64,000 nucleotides of DNA. Origin: an uncultured delta proteobacterium. Lineage in GTDB: Bacteria > Myxococcota_A > Polyangia > Polyangiales > Polyangiaceae. The stretch is taken from contig CAWAIF010000003.1 in assembly GCA_963782055.1 (NCBI GenBank), positions 5,568,001 through 5,632,000 on the forward strand, in the 5' to 3' direction. Each line of letters opens with the position of its first letter. Position 1 is the stretch's first letter. The position numbers were made by a program, and so were the translations under genes. Under the pieces are notes generated by a model. That model ran no database searches. It saw only the letters and a program-made list of their open reading frames with translations, and was not told the origin of the DNA. This document shows positions 10,164 to 18,446 of the stretch, piece by piece.

Positions 10164-11581
10164 GACGGCGCGGGAGGCCGCATCGAGGGTCTGCGGGCGG
10201 GCATCACGATCGCGACCTCTGTTCCCTTGCCCACCTCGCTCCGGATCTCCACGTGCCCTCCGAGCGCGCTCACCAGACCGTACACGGCGCTCAGCCCCAG
10301 ACCGCTCTTCGACGCGCCCTTGTTGGAGCGCGAATAGAAGGGGTCGAAGACGCGAGCGATCTGGTCGGGCGGGATGCCGCGTCCCTCGTCGGTCACCGAG
10401 AGCACCACGCGCTCTCCCTCGTTGCGCACGCTCGCCGCGATGGTGCCGCCGCCGGGCATGGCCTCCACCGCGTTGCGGGCGATCTGGTAGAGGGCCTCCG
10501 CCAGCGCGGCGACGTGGCACTCGATGGCGCCCACCTTCGGGTCGTAGCGGCGCTCGACGATCACACCGGAGCGCGCCCGGCCGATGGCGCTCTCCAGCGC
10601 GAAGTCGAGCATGGCCGAGACATCCGCCGGCTCCAGCACGCCCTCGCTCGCCATGGCGAAGCGCCGGAGCCGGCCCACCGTCTTCTTGATGCGCAGCAGC
10701 CCACCCTCGCTGCGCTTGAGCGCGCCGCGGGCGAGCTCCACGTCGTGGTCCAGATCGCGCAGCGCCTGCTGGTTGGAGGCGCTGCTCACCGCGAGCGCGT
10801 TGTTCAGCTCGTGCGCCATCCCGCCGACGAGGACCCGCAGGGCCTCCAGCTTCTCCACCACGACGAGCTGCTCCTGCACGCGGCGCAGGCGCGCGAGCGC
10901 GGCGCTGATGCGCTCGGTGCGCATGAAGACGCGCAGGCGGCGGCGACGGCGCGAGAGGGCGAGCACGACGCACCCGGCGGCGACCGACGCGGTGACGAGG
11001 TGCAGCGGCAACGGCGCGGCGGCCGCGCCGACGAGGAGCGCGGCGTACGAGGCGAGCCCCGCCGCGACCGCCGTGCGACCGGGCGCAGGCACCACCGCCG
11101 CGAGCAGCAGGGTGAGCAGCGGAAGGACGAGCACGTACGGGCTGTAGGCACCGCCGGTGCCGCGAATGGCCACGCCCCACGCCAGCAGCGCGAGCACCGT
11201 GACCACGGTGTGCGCGGTCACGATCCCGACGAGGCTCCTGCGCGCCGCGAGGACCACCGCGACGCCGGCGCCCAGCACGACCGCCGCGCCCGCCTCCGCC
11301 GTCGTCGCGCTGCGGTCGGGCGGGAACGTGGCGAGCGCCACGTCCAGCACGGCGACGATGCCAGACAGCGCCGCGGCGACGGCGAGCGTCGGGACCACGA
11401 AGCGCACCAGCTCCGCCCGCCGCTCCGCCATGAAGCGCTTGCGCGGCCGGCCCTTCCGCAACACGTGCTCGCCGTACCGCTCGGCGCGATCGCGTAGCTC
11501 GCTCGGCGGCGGGAGCGAGAAGCTGGATCGCGGGGCGACGGCGGCGGGGTCGGCCCCGGCGCCGGTGTGGGGGCCGCTCAT
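10160..11581 (-). CDS. Membrane-bound sensor histidine kinase
   Basis: Multi-TM N-terminus; H-box AHELNNAL, N-box NAVEAM, DEGRGI, FDPFYS, GLGLS. Confidence 0.92.
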   Translation of the reverse strand: MSGPHTGAGADPAAVAPRSSFSLPPPSELRDRAERYGEHVLRKGRPRKRFMAERRAELVRFVVPTLAVAAALSGIVAVLDVALATFPPDRSATTAEAGAAVVLGAGVAVVLAARRSLVGIVTAHTVVTVLALLAWGVAIRGTGGAYSPYVLVLPLLTLLLAAVVPAPGRTAVAAGLASYAALLVGAAAAPLPLHLVTASVAAGCVVLALSRRRRRLRVFMRTERISAALARLRRVQEQLVVVEKLEALRVLVGGMAHELNNALAVSSASNQQALRDLDHDVELARGALKRSEGGLLRIKKTVGRLRRFAMASEGVLEPADVSAMLDFALESAIGRARSGVIVERRYDPKVGAIECHVAALAEALYQIARNAVEAMPGGGTIAASVRNEGERVVLSVTDEGRGIPPDQIARVFDPFYSRSNKGASKSGLGLSAVYGLVSALGGHVEIRSEVGKGTEVAIVMPARRPSMRPPAPS

Positions 11582-11641
11582 TTGGAGATCATCCTAGCCC
11601 GAAAGCGCGCCGACGCGGCGACGCCCGTGGATGGGGCCGGA

Positions 11642-12577
11642 TCAGAAGGAGCCAGCCACGCCGGCGCCGAGCGGAGAGACGTACGGGCGGACGTGCAGGC
11701 CGCCGTCCATCGGCGGGGCCTTGTGCCTGGGCTCGGTCAGGAGAGTCACGACCCCCGCCGCGATGCCGACGAAGCCGGCGATCAGGGTGACGTCGGCGGC
11801 GGTGCGGGAGGTGATGCCGTCCGACCGTACGCCCGGATCCTGGAACCCCGCGTTGCCGCGCGTGTTGTACTGGCTGGCGAGGTCGATCGCGCGCACGCCG
11901 AAGAAGATGCCCAGGCCGGCGGAGACGGCGCCGGCTCCCACCAGCGAGTAGCCGACGATGCGCCGCACGTTGGTCGGGTGACGGGACGGCGCGACGGGCG
12001 CGAGGGAGAGGTCGATGCTGGCCACCTCGCCGGCCTCCACGTCCACCGTCGCCTCCGCCGGCGCGTGGTCCGCTGCCTCCGCGTGCACGTGGTGCATGCC
12101 CAGCGTCAGGCGCACGTCGGTGAAGTCTCCGGGGATGAGCGCCACGGGCTGGTCGTCGACGGTCGCGCGCGCGCCGGTGGGAACCACCCGCAGGCGGAAG
12201 GTCCCCAGGTGGGCGCGCACGCTCTCGAGCGTGCTGCGCGCGCCCTCCACCTCGTCGTCGCTGGCCTTGGGATCCTCTTCCAAGAAGCGGACCAGATCGC
12301 GCTCGGCCTGCACGTACTCGCCCGTGTGTGCGCGCGCGACGCCGAGGTCGAGCAGGATGCTCGGATGGGAGAAGAGCGCGTACGCCTGCTCGAACTCCTT
12401 CTTCGCCGCCTGGTAGTCCTGGTGCTCGAGCGCGGTGACGCCGCGACGGAAGGCGGCGCGGGAGGCCTCGCGCGGGTCGGCGCCGGCGGCGCGCGCCATC
12501 GCCGGGGCGAGCAGGAGCAGCACGACGGCTCCCATCCTTGTGAACGCGCGGGTGCGCACGAGAGGTCCATAGCGCAT
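11642..12577 (-). CDS. Secreted TPR + PEGA-domain protein
   Basis: Internal signal peptide (RAFTRMGAVVLLLLAPAMARA), TPR-like AFRRGVTAL...FEQAYAL, PEGA-like VVPTGARATVDD, TM segments, C-terminal GVAGSF; start uncertain (12577/12559/12535). Confidence 0.75.
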   Translation of the reverse strand: MRYGPLVRTRAFTRMGAVVLLLLAPAMARAAGADPREASRAAFRRGVTALEHQDYQAAKKEFEQAYALFSHPSILLDLGVARAHTGEYVQAERDLVRFLEEDPKASDDEVEGARSTLESVRAHLGTFRLRVVPTGARATVDDQPVALIPGDFTDVRLTLGMHHVHAEAADHAPAEATVDVEAGEVASIDLSLAPVAPSRHPTNVRRIVGYSLVGAGAVSAGLGIFFGVRAIDLASQYNTRGNAGFQDPGVRSDGITSRTAADVTLIAGFVGIAAGVVTLLTEPRHKAPPMDGGLHVRPYVSPLGAGVAGSF

Positions 12578-13726
12578 TCCGGTGCGCGCCGACGCGCTCA
12601 CGCGATTCTGGTCGGCCACCAGCTCGCCGATGGCGAGCGCGGCGGTCAGCCCCGGCGACTCGATGCCCAGCAGGTTGACCCACCCGGGCATGCCGCGGTC
12701 GCTCTCCTCCTGCACGACGAAGTCGCGCGCCGGGTCGCCCGCGCGCCCGAGCTTGGGACGGATGCCCGCCTGGTCGGGCTCCAGGTCCTCCTCGCGCAGG
12801 CCGTCGAGATAGCGCGACGCGGCCGCGGCGAACGCCGCCCGGCGGGACGCGTCGACGCGGTAGTCGAGCGCGCGGCCCGCGATGGACTCCACGTCCGGCC
12901 CGAGCTTCACCCCGCCGTCGCGCTCCACCGTCGCGTGCACACCGAGCCCGGCGAGATCGCGCGGGGGCACCGGGTACACCAGGTGGGTCACCGCCGGCGC
13001 GCCGCGCACCCGGAAGTACGAGCCCTTCACCAACCGCTGCCTGTAGCCGGTGGCGTCGACGTCGACGCCCGCCATCGCGGCGACGCGGTCGGCGTCCAGG
13101 CCCGCGGCGTTGACGACGTGCGCGGCGTCCAGCTCCATGGCCCCGCCGGAGGGGTCGCGCAGCTCCAGCCGCCAGGCGCTCGCGACACGTGTGACGCGGA
13201 CCAGCTCGTGACGGTAGGCCACCTCGCACGCCGCGGCCTTCGCGGCGGCGGCGAGGCTCGCCATCAGCTCGTGCGCGTCCACGATACCCGAGCTCTCCGA
13301 GAAGAGCCCCGAGACGCCACGAACCCGCGGCTCCAGGCGCACGACCTCGCCGGCCGAGACGCGCCGGAGCGTGACGCCGCACGCCTCCGCGCGCGCCCGG
13401 ATGGCGTCGAGATCGCCCTCCTCCGCGGACGAGGCGGCGATCACCAGCTTGCCCACGCGGCGCACGAACACCTCGTGACGCGCGCACCACGCGTAGAGCA
13501 GCGCGTTCCCGCGGACGCATAGCCGGGCCTTGAGCGACCCGGGCCGGTAGTAGATGCCGGCGTGGACGACCTGCGAGTTGCGAGAGCTCGTCTCCTGCCC
13601 GAACCGCGCGTGGCGCTCCACCACCACGCAGGCTCGCCCGGCGCGCGCCAGCCGCTCCGCACACGCGAGGCCCACCACGCCGGCGCCCAGCACGGCGACG
13701 TCGCACTGGACTCGCGCGGTGGACAT
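11642..13726 (-). CDS. FAD-dependent oxidoreductase (L-2-hydroxyglutarate oxidase LhgO-like); as sequenced it reads in frame into the downstream TPR/PEGA gene (probable true end ~12598)
   Basis: GAGVVG, ETSSRNSQVVHAGIYY, GIRPKL, NLLGIESPGLTAALAIG; see finding on the 1-nt insertion at ~12606. Confidence 0.8.
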   Translation of the reverse strand: MSTARVQCDVAVLGAGVVGLACAERLARAGRACVVVERHARFGQETSSRNSQVVHAGIYYRPGSLKARLCVRGNALLYAWCARHEVFVRRVGKLVIAASSAEEGDLDAIRARAEACGVTLRRVSAGEVVRLEPRVRGVSGLFSESSGIVDAHELMASLAAAAKAAACEVAYRHELVRVTRVASAWRLELRDPSGGAMELDAAHVVNAAGLDADRVAAMAGVDVDATGYRQRLVKGSYFRVRGAPAVTHLVYPVPPRDLAGLGVHATVERDGGVKLGPDVESIAGRALDYRVDASRRAAFAAAASRYLDGLREEDLEPDQAGIRPKLGRAGDPARDFVVQEESDRGMPGWVNLLGIESPGLTAALAIGELVADQNRVSASARTGMRYGPLVRTRAFTRMGAVVLLLLAPAMARAAGADPREASRAAFRRGVTALEHQDYQAAKKEFEQAYALFSHPSILLDLGVARAHTGEYVQAERDLVRFLEEDPKASDDEVEGARSTLESVRAHLGTFRLRVVPTGARATVDDQPVALIPGDFTDVRLTLGMHHVHAEAADHAPAEATVDVEAGEVASIDLSLAPVAPSRHPTNVRRIVGYSLVGAGAVSAGLGIFFGVRAIDLASQYNTRGNAGFQDPGVRSDGITSRTAADVTLIAGFVGIAAGVVTLLTEPRHKAPPMDGGLHVRPYVSPLGAGVAGSF

Positions 13727-13768
13727 GGCCGGCAGCATGCAGGCCAGCTCGGGGCCGTGGCAAGGTGC

Positions 13769-14146
13769 TCAGGCGCCGAGCGCCCGCCTGATCTTGCGCT
13801 CCAGAGCCGCCAGGTTGACCGGCTTGGTGATGTAGTGACGCGCGCCGGCCTGGATGCCCCGGATGAGGTCGTGCGCGTTGTCGCGTCCGGTGAGGAAGAT
13901 GAGCGGGACCTTGCGCTTGGCCTGACGGCGGATGAGGTGCGCCATCGAGAGCCCGTCGAGTCGGGGCATGCCGATGTCGGCGATGATGAGGTCGGGGCCG
14001 GGGTCGCCGGTCGCCAGCCGCAGACCATCCACGCCGTTGGTCGCGAGGTCCACCTCGTAGTCCTCCGACAAGAGGCGGGCGAGCATCGGGCCAGCGATCG
14101 CGTCGTCGTCGACTACCAGGATCCGGCGGTGAGGTGTCGGGGGCAT
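13769..14146 (-). CDS. Single-domain response regulator (receiver)
   Basis: RILVVDDD, DLIIADIGMPRLDG, IFLTG, YITKP; start 14146 or 14161. Confidence 0.9.
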   Translation of the reverse strand: MPPTPHRRILVVDDDAIAGPMLARLLSEDYEVDLATNGVDGLRLATGDPGPDLIIADIGMPRLDGLSMAHLIRRQAKRKVPLIFLTGRDNAHDLIRGIQAGARHYITKPVNLAALERKIRRALGA

Positions 14147-14388
14147 CGATTGCGCTTCCATGACGGACAACATCGCAACGGGCGTGCCGACCAGGACCCC
14201 CAAAAGGATCACGGCGAAATGTGGCGTCGGAGGCGAACCGGCTGCGGCCACGCCGCAGCGATGTCGCCATCAGTCGTACGGTCGAGCCGAGGGGCGACCC
14301 GCAAGAGCCACAACCTGCCACGGAAAGGCCGTGGCCCGCAGGCGCTGCGCGGCGTTGGCGCGGCGTGACCATTGCACGGGCTCTTGCC

Positions 14389-15654
14389 ATGCACGCGGGA
14401 CAGCTGAAGCATCACGTCAGCGGGGAGATCGCCCGCGCCCCGCTCTACCCGCCGGCGCTCGCCGAGTCGCTCCTCCACGCGATGCGCTCGCACCCGGTGT
14501 GGACGTTCCTGCCCACGCTCCGCGCCACCGACCCGGCCGTCGCGCGAGCCAACCGGCAGAGTCTGGAGCGCGGCGCGCCGCTGCCCACGCAGTCGGAGCT
14601 GCGCGTGCTGCTGGAGGCCGCCTTCCTCGGCGGGCTTCTCGAGGAGGAGGGCCGCCGGGCCACCTTCACGCTGGCGTACGTGTCGCCCGCGGCCATCGCT
14701 CCGACCGACCACGAGGCGCTCGTCTTCGCGCGGCCGGTCCCGCTGCGCCCCCAGGCCATCGCCAAGCTGGCCCCCGCCACGCAACCGGACCGCACCTTCC
14801 TCGGCGTCTACCCCGACGCGACGGGCGCGCTGGCGATCTGGGGGCTGGTGCACCGCGGCGACCGTGCCCCGGCGATCGACACCGAGATGCGCGCGCCCTT
14901 CCTGCAGATCCGCGTCCACCGCCCGGGCACGATCAGCGTCTACTACATCGGGCGCCTCATGCTCCTGTACTCGCGTGGCGAGGCGCACTTCTTCGGCGAC
15001 GCGCTGGACCTCGCCGGCAGGCTCCAGCAGCGCGCGCATCTGCGACGCAACGTCTCGGAGGCACTCTGCCGGATCGCCCGGCGGATGCTCGCTCACGGCC
15101 GCGGTGGCACGCTCCTCGTCGTCCACGCCGGACGCCGGCCCGCGCGGGTGACACTGAACCGGTCCTTCGCGCCGGAGGCGGCGAGCGCGCGCCACCTGCT
15201 CGCGCGGGCGATGAGCAGCCACGAGGCCGCGGTGACGGGGGAGCTCCCTCACCTGGCCGCGGACCAGGCGGTGCTGCACCGCAAGCACCTGGAGCGGCGC
15301 CACGAGGAGGCGCTCTGGTTCGTGGCCCAGCTCACCGCTGTGGACGGCGCGACGGTGGTAGGCGACGACCTGTGCGTGCTCGGCTTCGGCGCGCAGATCC
15401 AGACGGGCGGCCGCTCCGACGACATCCTGATCACCGTGGAGAACGTCTACACCGGTGTGCAGCGGCCCGCCGACCTCGCCGAGTTCAACGGCAGCCGCCA
15501 CCGCTCGGCGATCCACTTCTGCGCGAGTCAGCCCGCCGGGCACCTCGCGCTCGCGCTCGTCGCGTCGCACGACGGGGACATCTCGGTGTTCTTGCGGGAG
15601 GGGGAGCACCAGGTGACGGCGATGCGGAGCTTCGAGCTGGGGATTGGGATCTGA
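14389..15654 (+). CDS. Soluble DisA_N (diadenylate cyclase, DAC)-like protein with N-terminal putative sensor domain
   Basis: HGRGGTLLVV, TAVDGATVV (DGA), GSRHRSA (RHR), VASHDG motifs of the DAC fold; no TM segment. Confidence 0.75.
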   Translation: MHAGQLKHHVSGEIARAPLYPPALAESLLHAMRSHPVWTFLPTLRATDPAVARANRQSLERGAPLPTQSELRVLLEAAFLGGLLEEEGRRATFTLAYVSPAAIAPTDHEALVFARPVPLRPQAIAKLAPATQPDRTFLGVYPDATGALAIWGLVHRGDRAPAIDTEMRAPFLQIRVHRPGTISVYYIGRLMLLYSRGEAHFFGDALDLAGRLQQRAHLRRNVSEALCRIARRMLAHGRGGTLLVVHAGRRPARVTLNRSFAPEAASARHLLARAMSSHEAAVTGELPHLAADQAVLHRKHLERRHEEALWFVAQLTAVDGATVVGDDLCVLGFGAQIQTGGRSDDILITVENVYTGVQRPADLAEFNGSRHRSAIHFCASQPAGHLALALVASHDGDISVFLREGEHQVTAMRSFELGIGI

Positions 15655-16030
15655 GAGGATGTGAACTTCGTTCACATCCCTCTCAGGACTGCCTGGGAGG
15701 GGCGGCACGCGCCCCCCCTCCCCGCGCAAGTGAATTGCGCGGGGCCCCTCCCCACGCGGGCCCTCCGCTACGCGTCGGGCGTTGCGACCGGGGAGGATGT
15801 GAACTTCGTTCACATCCCTCTCAGGACTGCCTGGGAGGGGCGGCACGCGCCCCCCCTCCCCGCGCAAGTGAATTGCGCGGGGCCCCTCCCCACGCGGGCC
15901 CTCCGCTACGCGTCGGGCGTTGCGACCGGGGAGGATGTGAACTTCGTTCACATCCCTCTCAGGACTGCCTGGGAGGGGCGGCACGCGCCCCCCTCCCCAC
16001 GCGGGCCCTCCGCTGCGCGTCGGGCTTCGC
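15655..16030. repeat. 138-bp tandem repeat (2 identical units + 1 shorter unit), hairpin-rich, REP/BIME-like
   Basis: Units start at 15655, 15793 and 15931; palindromes GGATGTGAAC-TTC-GTTCACATCC and CCCCGCGCAA-GTGAA-TTGCGCGGGG; lies between convergent genes. Confidence 0.95.
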
Positions 16031-16036
16031 GGGGGG

Positions 16037-17056
16037 TCAGGGCTTGCGGATCCCCAGGAGCTCCTCCTTGAAGTCGCGGGTCACCAGGAGCTTCAGCGCA
16101 TCGAGCAGCGGCCGGCCCTGATGAAGCACGTGGTAGACCTGCTCGGTGATGGGCATGTCCACGCCGAGGCGGCGCGCCAGCTCGTACGTCGCCGCGGAGG
16201 TGTAGAAGCCCTCCGCCACCGAGCGGCGACTCGCCAGGTACTTCTGCGGGTCCACGCCCTGCGCCACCTGGATGCCCAGCTCGTGGTTGCGTGAGAGGGA
16301 GCCGGTGCAGGTGAGCACCAGGTCGCCCACGCCCGCCATGCCGAGGAAGGTGAGCGGATCCCCGCCGAGGGCCACGCCCAGACGGGAGATCTCGGCCAGG
16401 CCGCGGGTGATGAGGGCGGCGCGCGCGTTGGTGCCGAGCCCGAGCGCCTCGCACGCGCCGGCGGCGACGGCGATGACGTTCTTCACCGAGCCGCCCACCT
16501 GCACCCCCACAGGGTCGGCGCTGGTGTAGACGCGGAAGAGCGGCGAGTGGAGCGTGCGCTGGACGAATCCGGCGGCCTCCGCGCTCTTCGAGGCGACCAC
16601 CACGTCGGTCGGCAGGCCGGTCGCCACCTCCCGCGCGAAGCTGGGGCCAGAGACGAAGCACAGACGGTCCGGGGCGACGGCGGGCATCGTCTCGGCGAGC
16701 ACCTCCGACATGAGCTCGAGCGAGCCCTCCTCGATGCCCTTGGAGGCGACGGCCACGATCGCCCCCGGTGGCACGTGCGGCGCGGCCACCGTGGAGACCG
16801 CGCGCATGTGCTTGGAGGGCGGCACCAGGATGACCAGCTCGGCGCCCTTCAGCGTGGCGGCGACGTCGCTGGACGCGACGATGGACTGCGGCAGCTTGAT
16901 GCCGGCGAGATAGACGCTGTTCTCGTGCCCCGCGTTGACGTCGCGCGCGACCTCCGGCTCGTGCGACCACGCCGACACCTCGTGACCGATGCGCGCGGCG
17001 TGCGCGGCGAGCGCGGTTCCCCAGGCCCCCAGGCCGATGACGGCGACCTTGCTCAT
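16037..17056 (-). CDS. gpsA: NAD(P)H-dependent glycerol-3-phosphate dehydrogenase
   Basis: GLGAWGTALA, SKGIE, SGPSFAREV, KNVIAVAAG, ITRGLAEI, GVGDLVLTC, SRN, EG. Confidence 0.97.
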   Translation of the reverse strand: MSKVAVIGLGAWGTALAAHAARIGHEVSAWSHEPEVARDVNAGHENSVYLAGIKLPQSIVASSDVAATLKGAELVILVPPSKHMRAVSTVAAPHVPPGAIVAVASKGIEEGSLELMSEVLAETMPAVAPDRLCFVSGPSFAREVATGLPTDVVVASKSAEAAGFVQRTLHSPLFRVYTSADPVGVQVGGSVKNVIAVAAGACEALGLGTNARAALITRGLAEISRLGVALGGDPLTFLGMAGVGDLVLTCTGSLSRNHELGIQVAQGVDPQKYLASRRSVAEGFYTSAATYELARRLGVDMPITEQVYHVLHQGRPLLDALKLLVTRDFKEELLGIRKP

Positions 17057-17147
17057 GGCCCGTTCGTTCTAAATCAGCGTGCGCGCTTCGGCTACGCCGA
17101 ACGCGACTTTCTTGGCCCGGATCGCGCCGGTGGTCTAGCGCAGACGG

Positions 17148-17321
17148 ATGCCCGCCGAGCCCACGCGCGCCCGCACGATCCTGCCCCCGCCGGGGGAGGT
17201 GTCGATGGACGCGATGCTGCGGGCGATCACGACGCGCCCGGAGCCGCCGCGACGCGAGGATTGCGCGCCGCCGGAGGACAACCGGCCGACCGTGCCGTGC
17301 CCCCTCTTGCCGGGCTGGTAG
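17148..17321 (+). CDS. Putative 57-aa Pro/Thr-rich small protein
   Basis: ATG 17148 to TAG 17321 (MPAEPTRARTILPPPGEVSMDAMLRAITTRPEPPRREDCAPPEDNRPTVPCPLLPGW); GGAGG precedes the internal ATG 17205; not listed in the ORF track. Confidence 0.4.
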   Translation: MPAEPTRARTILPPPGEVSMDAMLRAITTRPEPPRREDCAPPEDNRPTVPCPLLPGW

Positions 17322-17336
17322 GCTATCGTCCTCCGC

Positions 17337-18116
17337 ATGAGGGACAAGGTCATCGTCATCACCGGCGCCAGCGCGGGCATCGGCGCCGCCCTGGCCCAGC
17401 TCGTCGGCTCGCGCGGGGCGCGCCCGGTCCTGGTCGCGCGTCGCGAGCCGGAGCTCGAGGCCGTCGCCGCGCGCTCCGGCCCGGGCGCGCTGGTCGTCGT
17501 CGCCGACGTCACCCGCCGCGCAGACCACGAGCGCGTCCTTCGCGAGGCCATCGCCCACGCCGGCCACGTCGACGTGTGGGTCAACAACGCCGGACGCGGC
17601 ATCAGCCGCACCGTCTCCGAGCTGACCGACGAGGACCTCGACGAGATGATGCTGGTCAACGTCAAGTCCGCGCTTTACGGCATGCAGGCGGTGCTGCCGC
17701 ACTTCCTCGAGCGCGGCGCCGGCCACATCGTCAACGTCTCCTCGATGCTCGGCCGCGTCCCCTTCGCGCCGATCCGCTCCGCGTACTCCGCCGCCAAGCA
17801 CGCCCTCAACGCGCTGACCGCGAGCCTGCGCATGGAGCTGCGCGCCGACCATCCCGGCATCCACGTGACCACCGTCAGCCCCGGCGTCGTCGCGACCGAG
17901 TTCGGCAAGAACGCGGTCCACGGCGGGATGGACTCGCGCCAGCTCCCCAACGCCCAGACGGCCGAGCAGGTCGCCGAGGTGATCGCCGGCGTCATCGAGG
18001 CCCCGCGCGCCGACGTCTACACGCGGCCCGGCGCGCGGGAGATGGTCGCCGGTTACTTCGCCGCCGAGGACATGGCCGCCGCCGAGGCGGGCATGATGAT
18101 GCCCGTCCGGCGGTGA
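17337..18116 (+). CDS. SDR family NAD(P)-dependent oxidoreductase
   Basis: TGASAGIG, NNAG, NVSS, YSAAK. Confidence 0.95.
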   Translation: MRDKVIVITGASAGIGAALAQLVGSRGARPVLVARREPELEAVAARSGPGALVVVADVTRRADHERVLREAIAHAGHVDVWVNNAGRGISRTVSELTDEDLDEMMLVNVKSALYGMQAVLPHFLERGAGHIVNVSSMLGRVPFAPIRSAYSAAKHALNALTASLRMELRADHPGIHVTTVSPGVVATEFGKNAVHGGMDSRQLPNAQTAEQVAEVIAGVIEAPRADVYTRPGAREMVAGYFAAEDMAAAEAGMMMPVRR

Positions 18117-18124
18117 CCGGCGCC

Positions 18125-18400
18125 TCACGGGAGCGCGTCGAAGAGCGGGAGCGCGGCGGGCGCGGGGTAGAAGGCGACGTCGGCGGCGTAGCCGATGTCG
18201 GTGCTCGTGATGATGGTCTCGGGCACGGTCGGGTTGCCCGTGTTGGTGCTCACCGTGAGCTGGGTCGGCGAGAAGCGCGCGAGCTTGCCCGCGCTGTAGG
18301 CCACCCAGAGCCCACCGCCCTCGTCGAAGGCGAAGCCGGCGGGGATGGCGCTCACGTCGATCGCCATCACCACCTTCGCGGTGGCCACCTTGTCCCCGAG
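18125..18400 (-). pseudogene. C-terminal remnant of a beta-propeller-type (NHL/Vgb-like) protein
   Basis: PAGFAFDEGGGLWVA blade motif and ending YPAPAALPLFDALP; no signal peptide or N-terminal blades, and the upstream frame is antisense to the aminopeptidase. Confidence 0.55.
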
Positions 18401-18446
18401 CGCCCTGCGCTTGCGCGGTGCCCGCCCCGGCGGTCTACTGGAAGGG

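Noticed and set aside
2898..10337. 2479-aa plus-strand ORF and other long Arg/Ala/Gly-rich ORFs (e.g. 16547..19861, 34017..37316, 41376..44447)
   Set aside because: Antisense or off-frame shadows of motif-supported genes in stop-poor high-GC DNA.
14372..14387. sigma54 promoter upstream of the DAC-like gene (TTGCACGGGCTCTTGC)
   Set aside because: Lacks the invariant GG and the spacing is off by one.
15655..16030. CRISPR array
   Set aside because: Whole 138-bp units repeat identically, so there are no unique spacers; no cas genes are present.
15661..16071. 136-aa ORF with 46-aa repeats
   Set aside because: By-product of a 138-nt DNA repeat (divisible by 3) made of palindromes; it also overlaps the end of gpsA.
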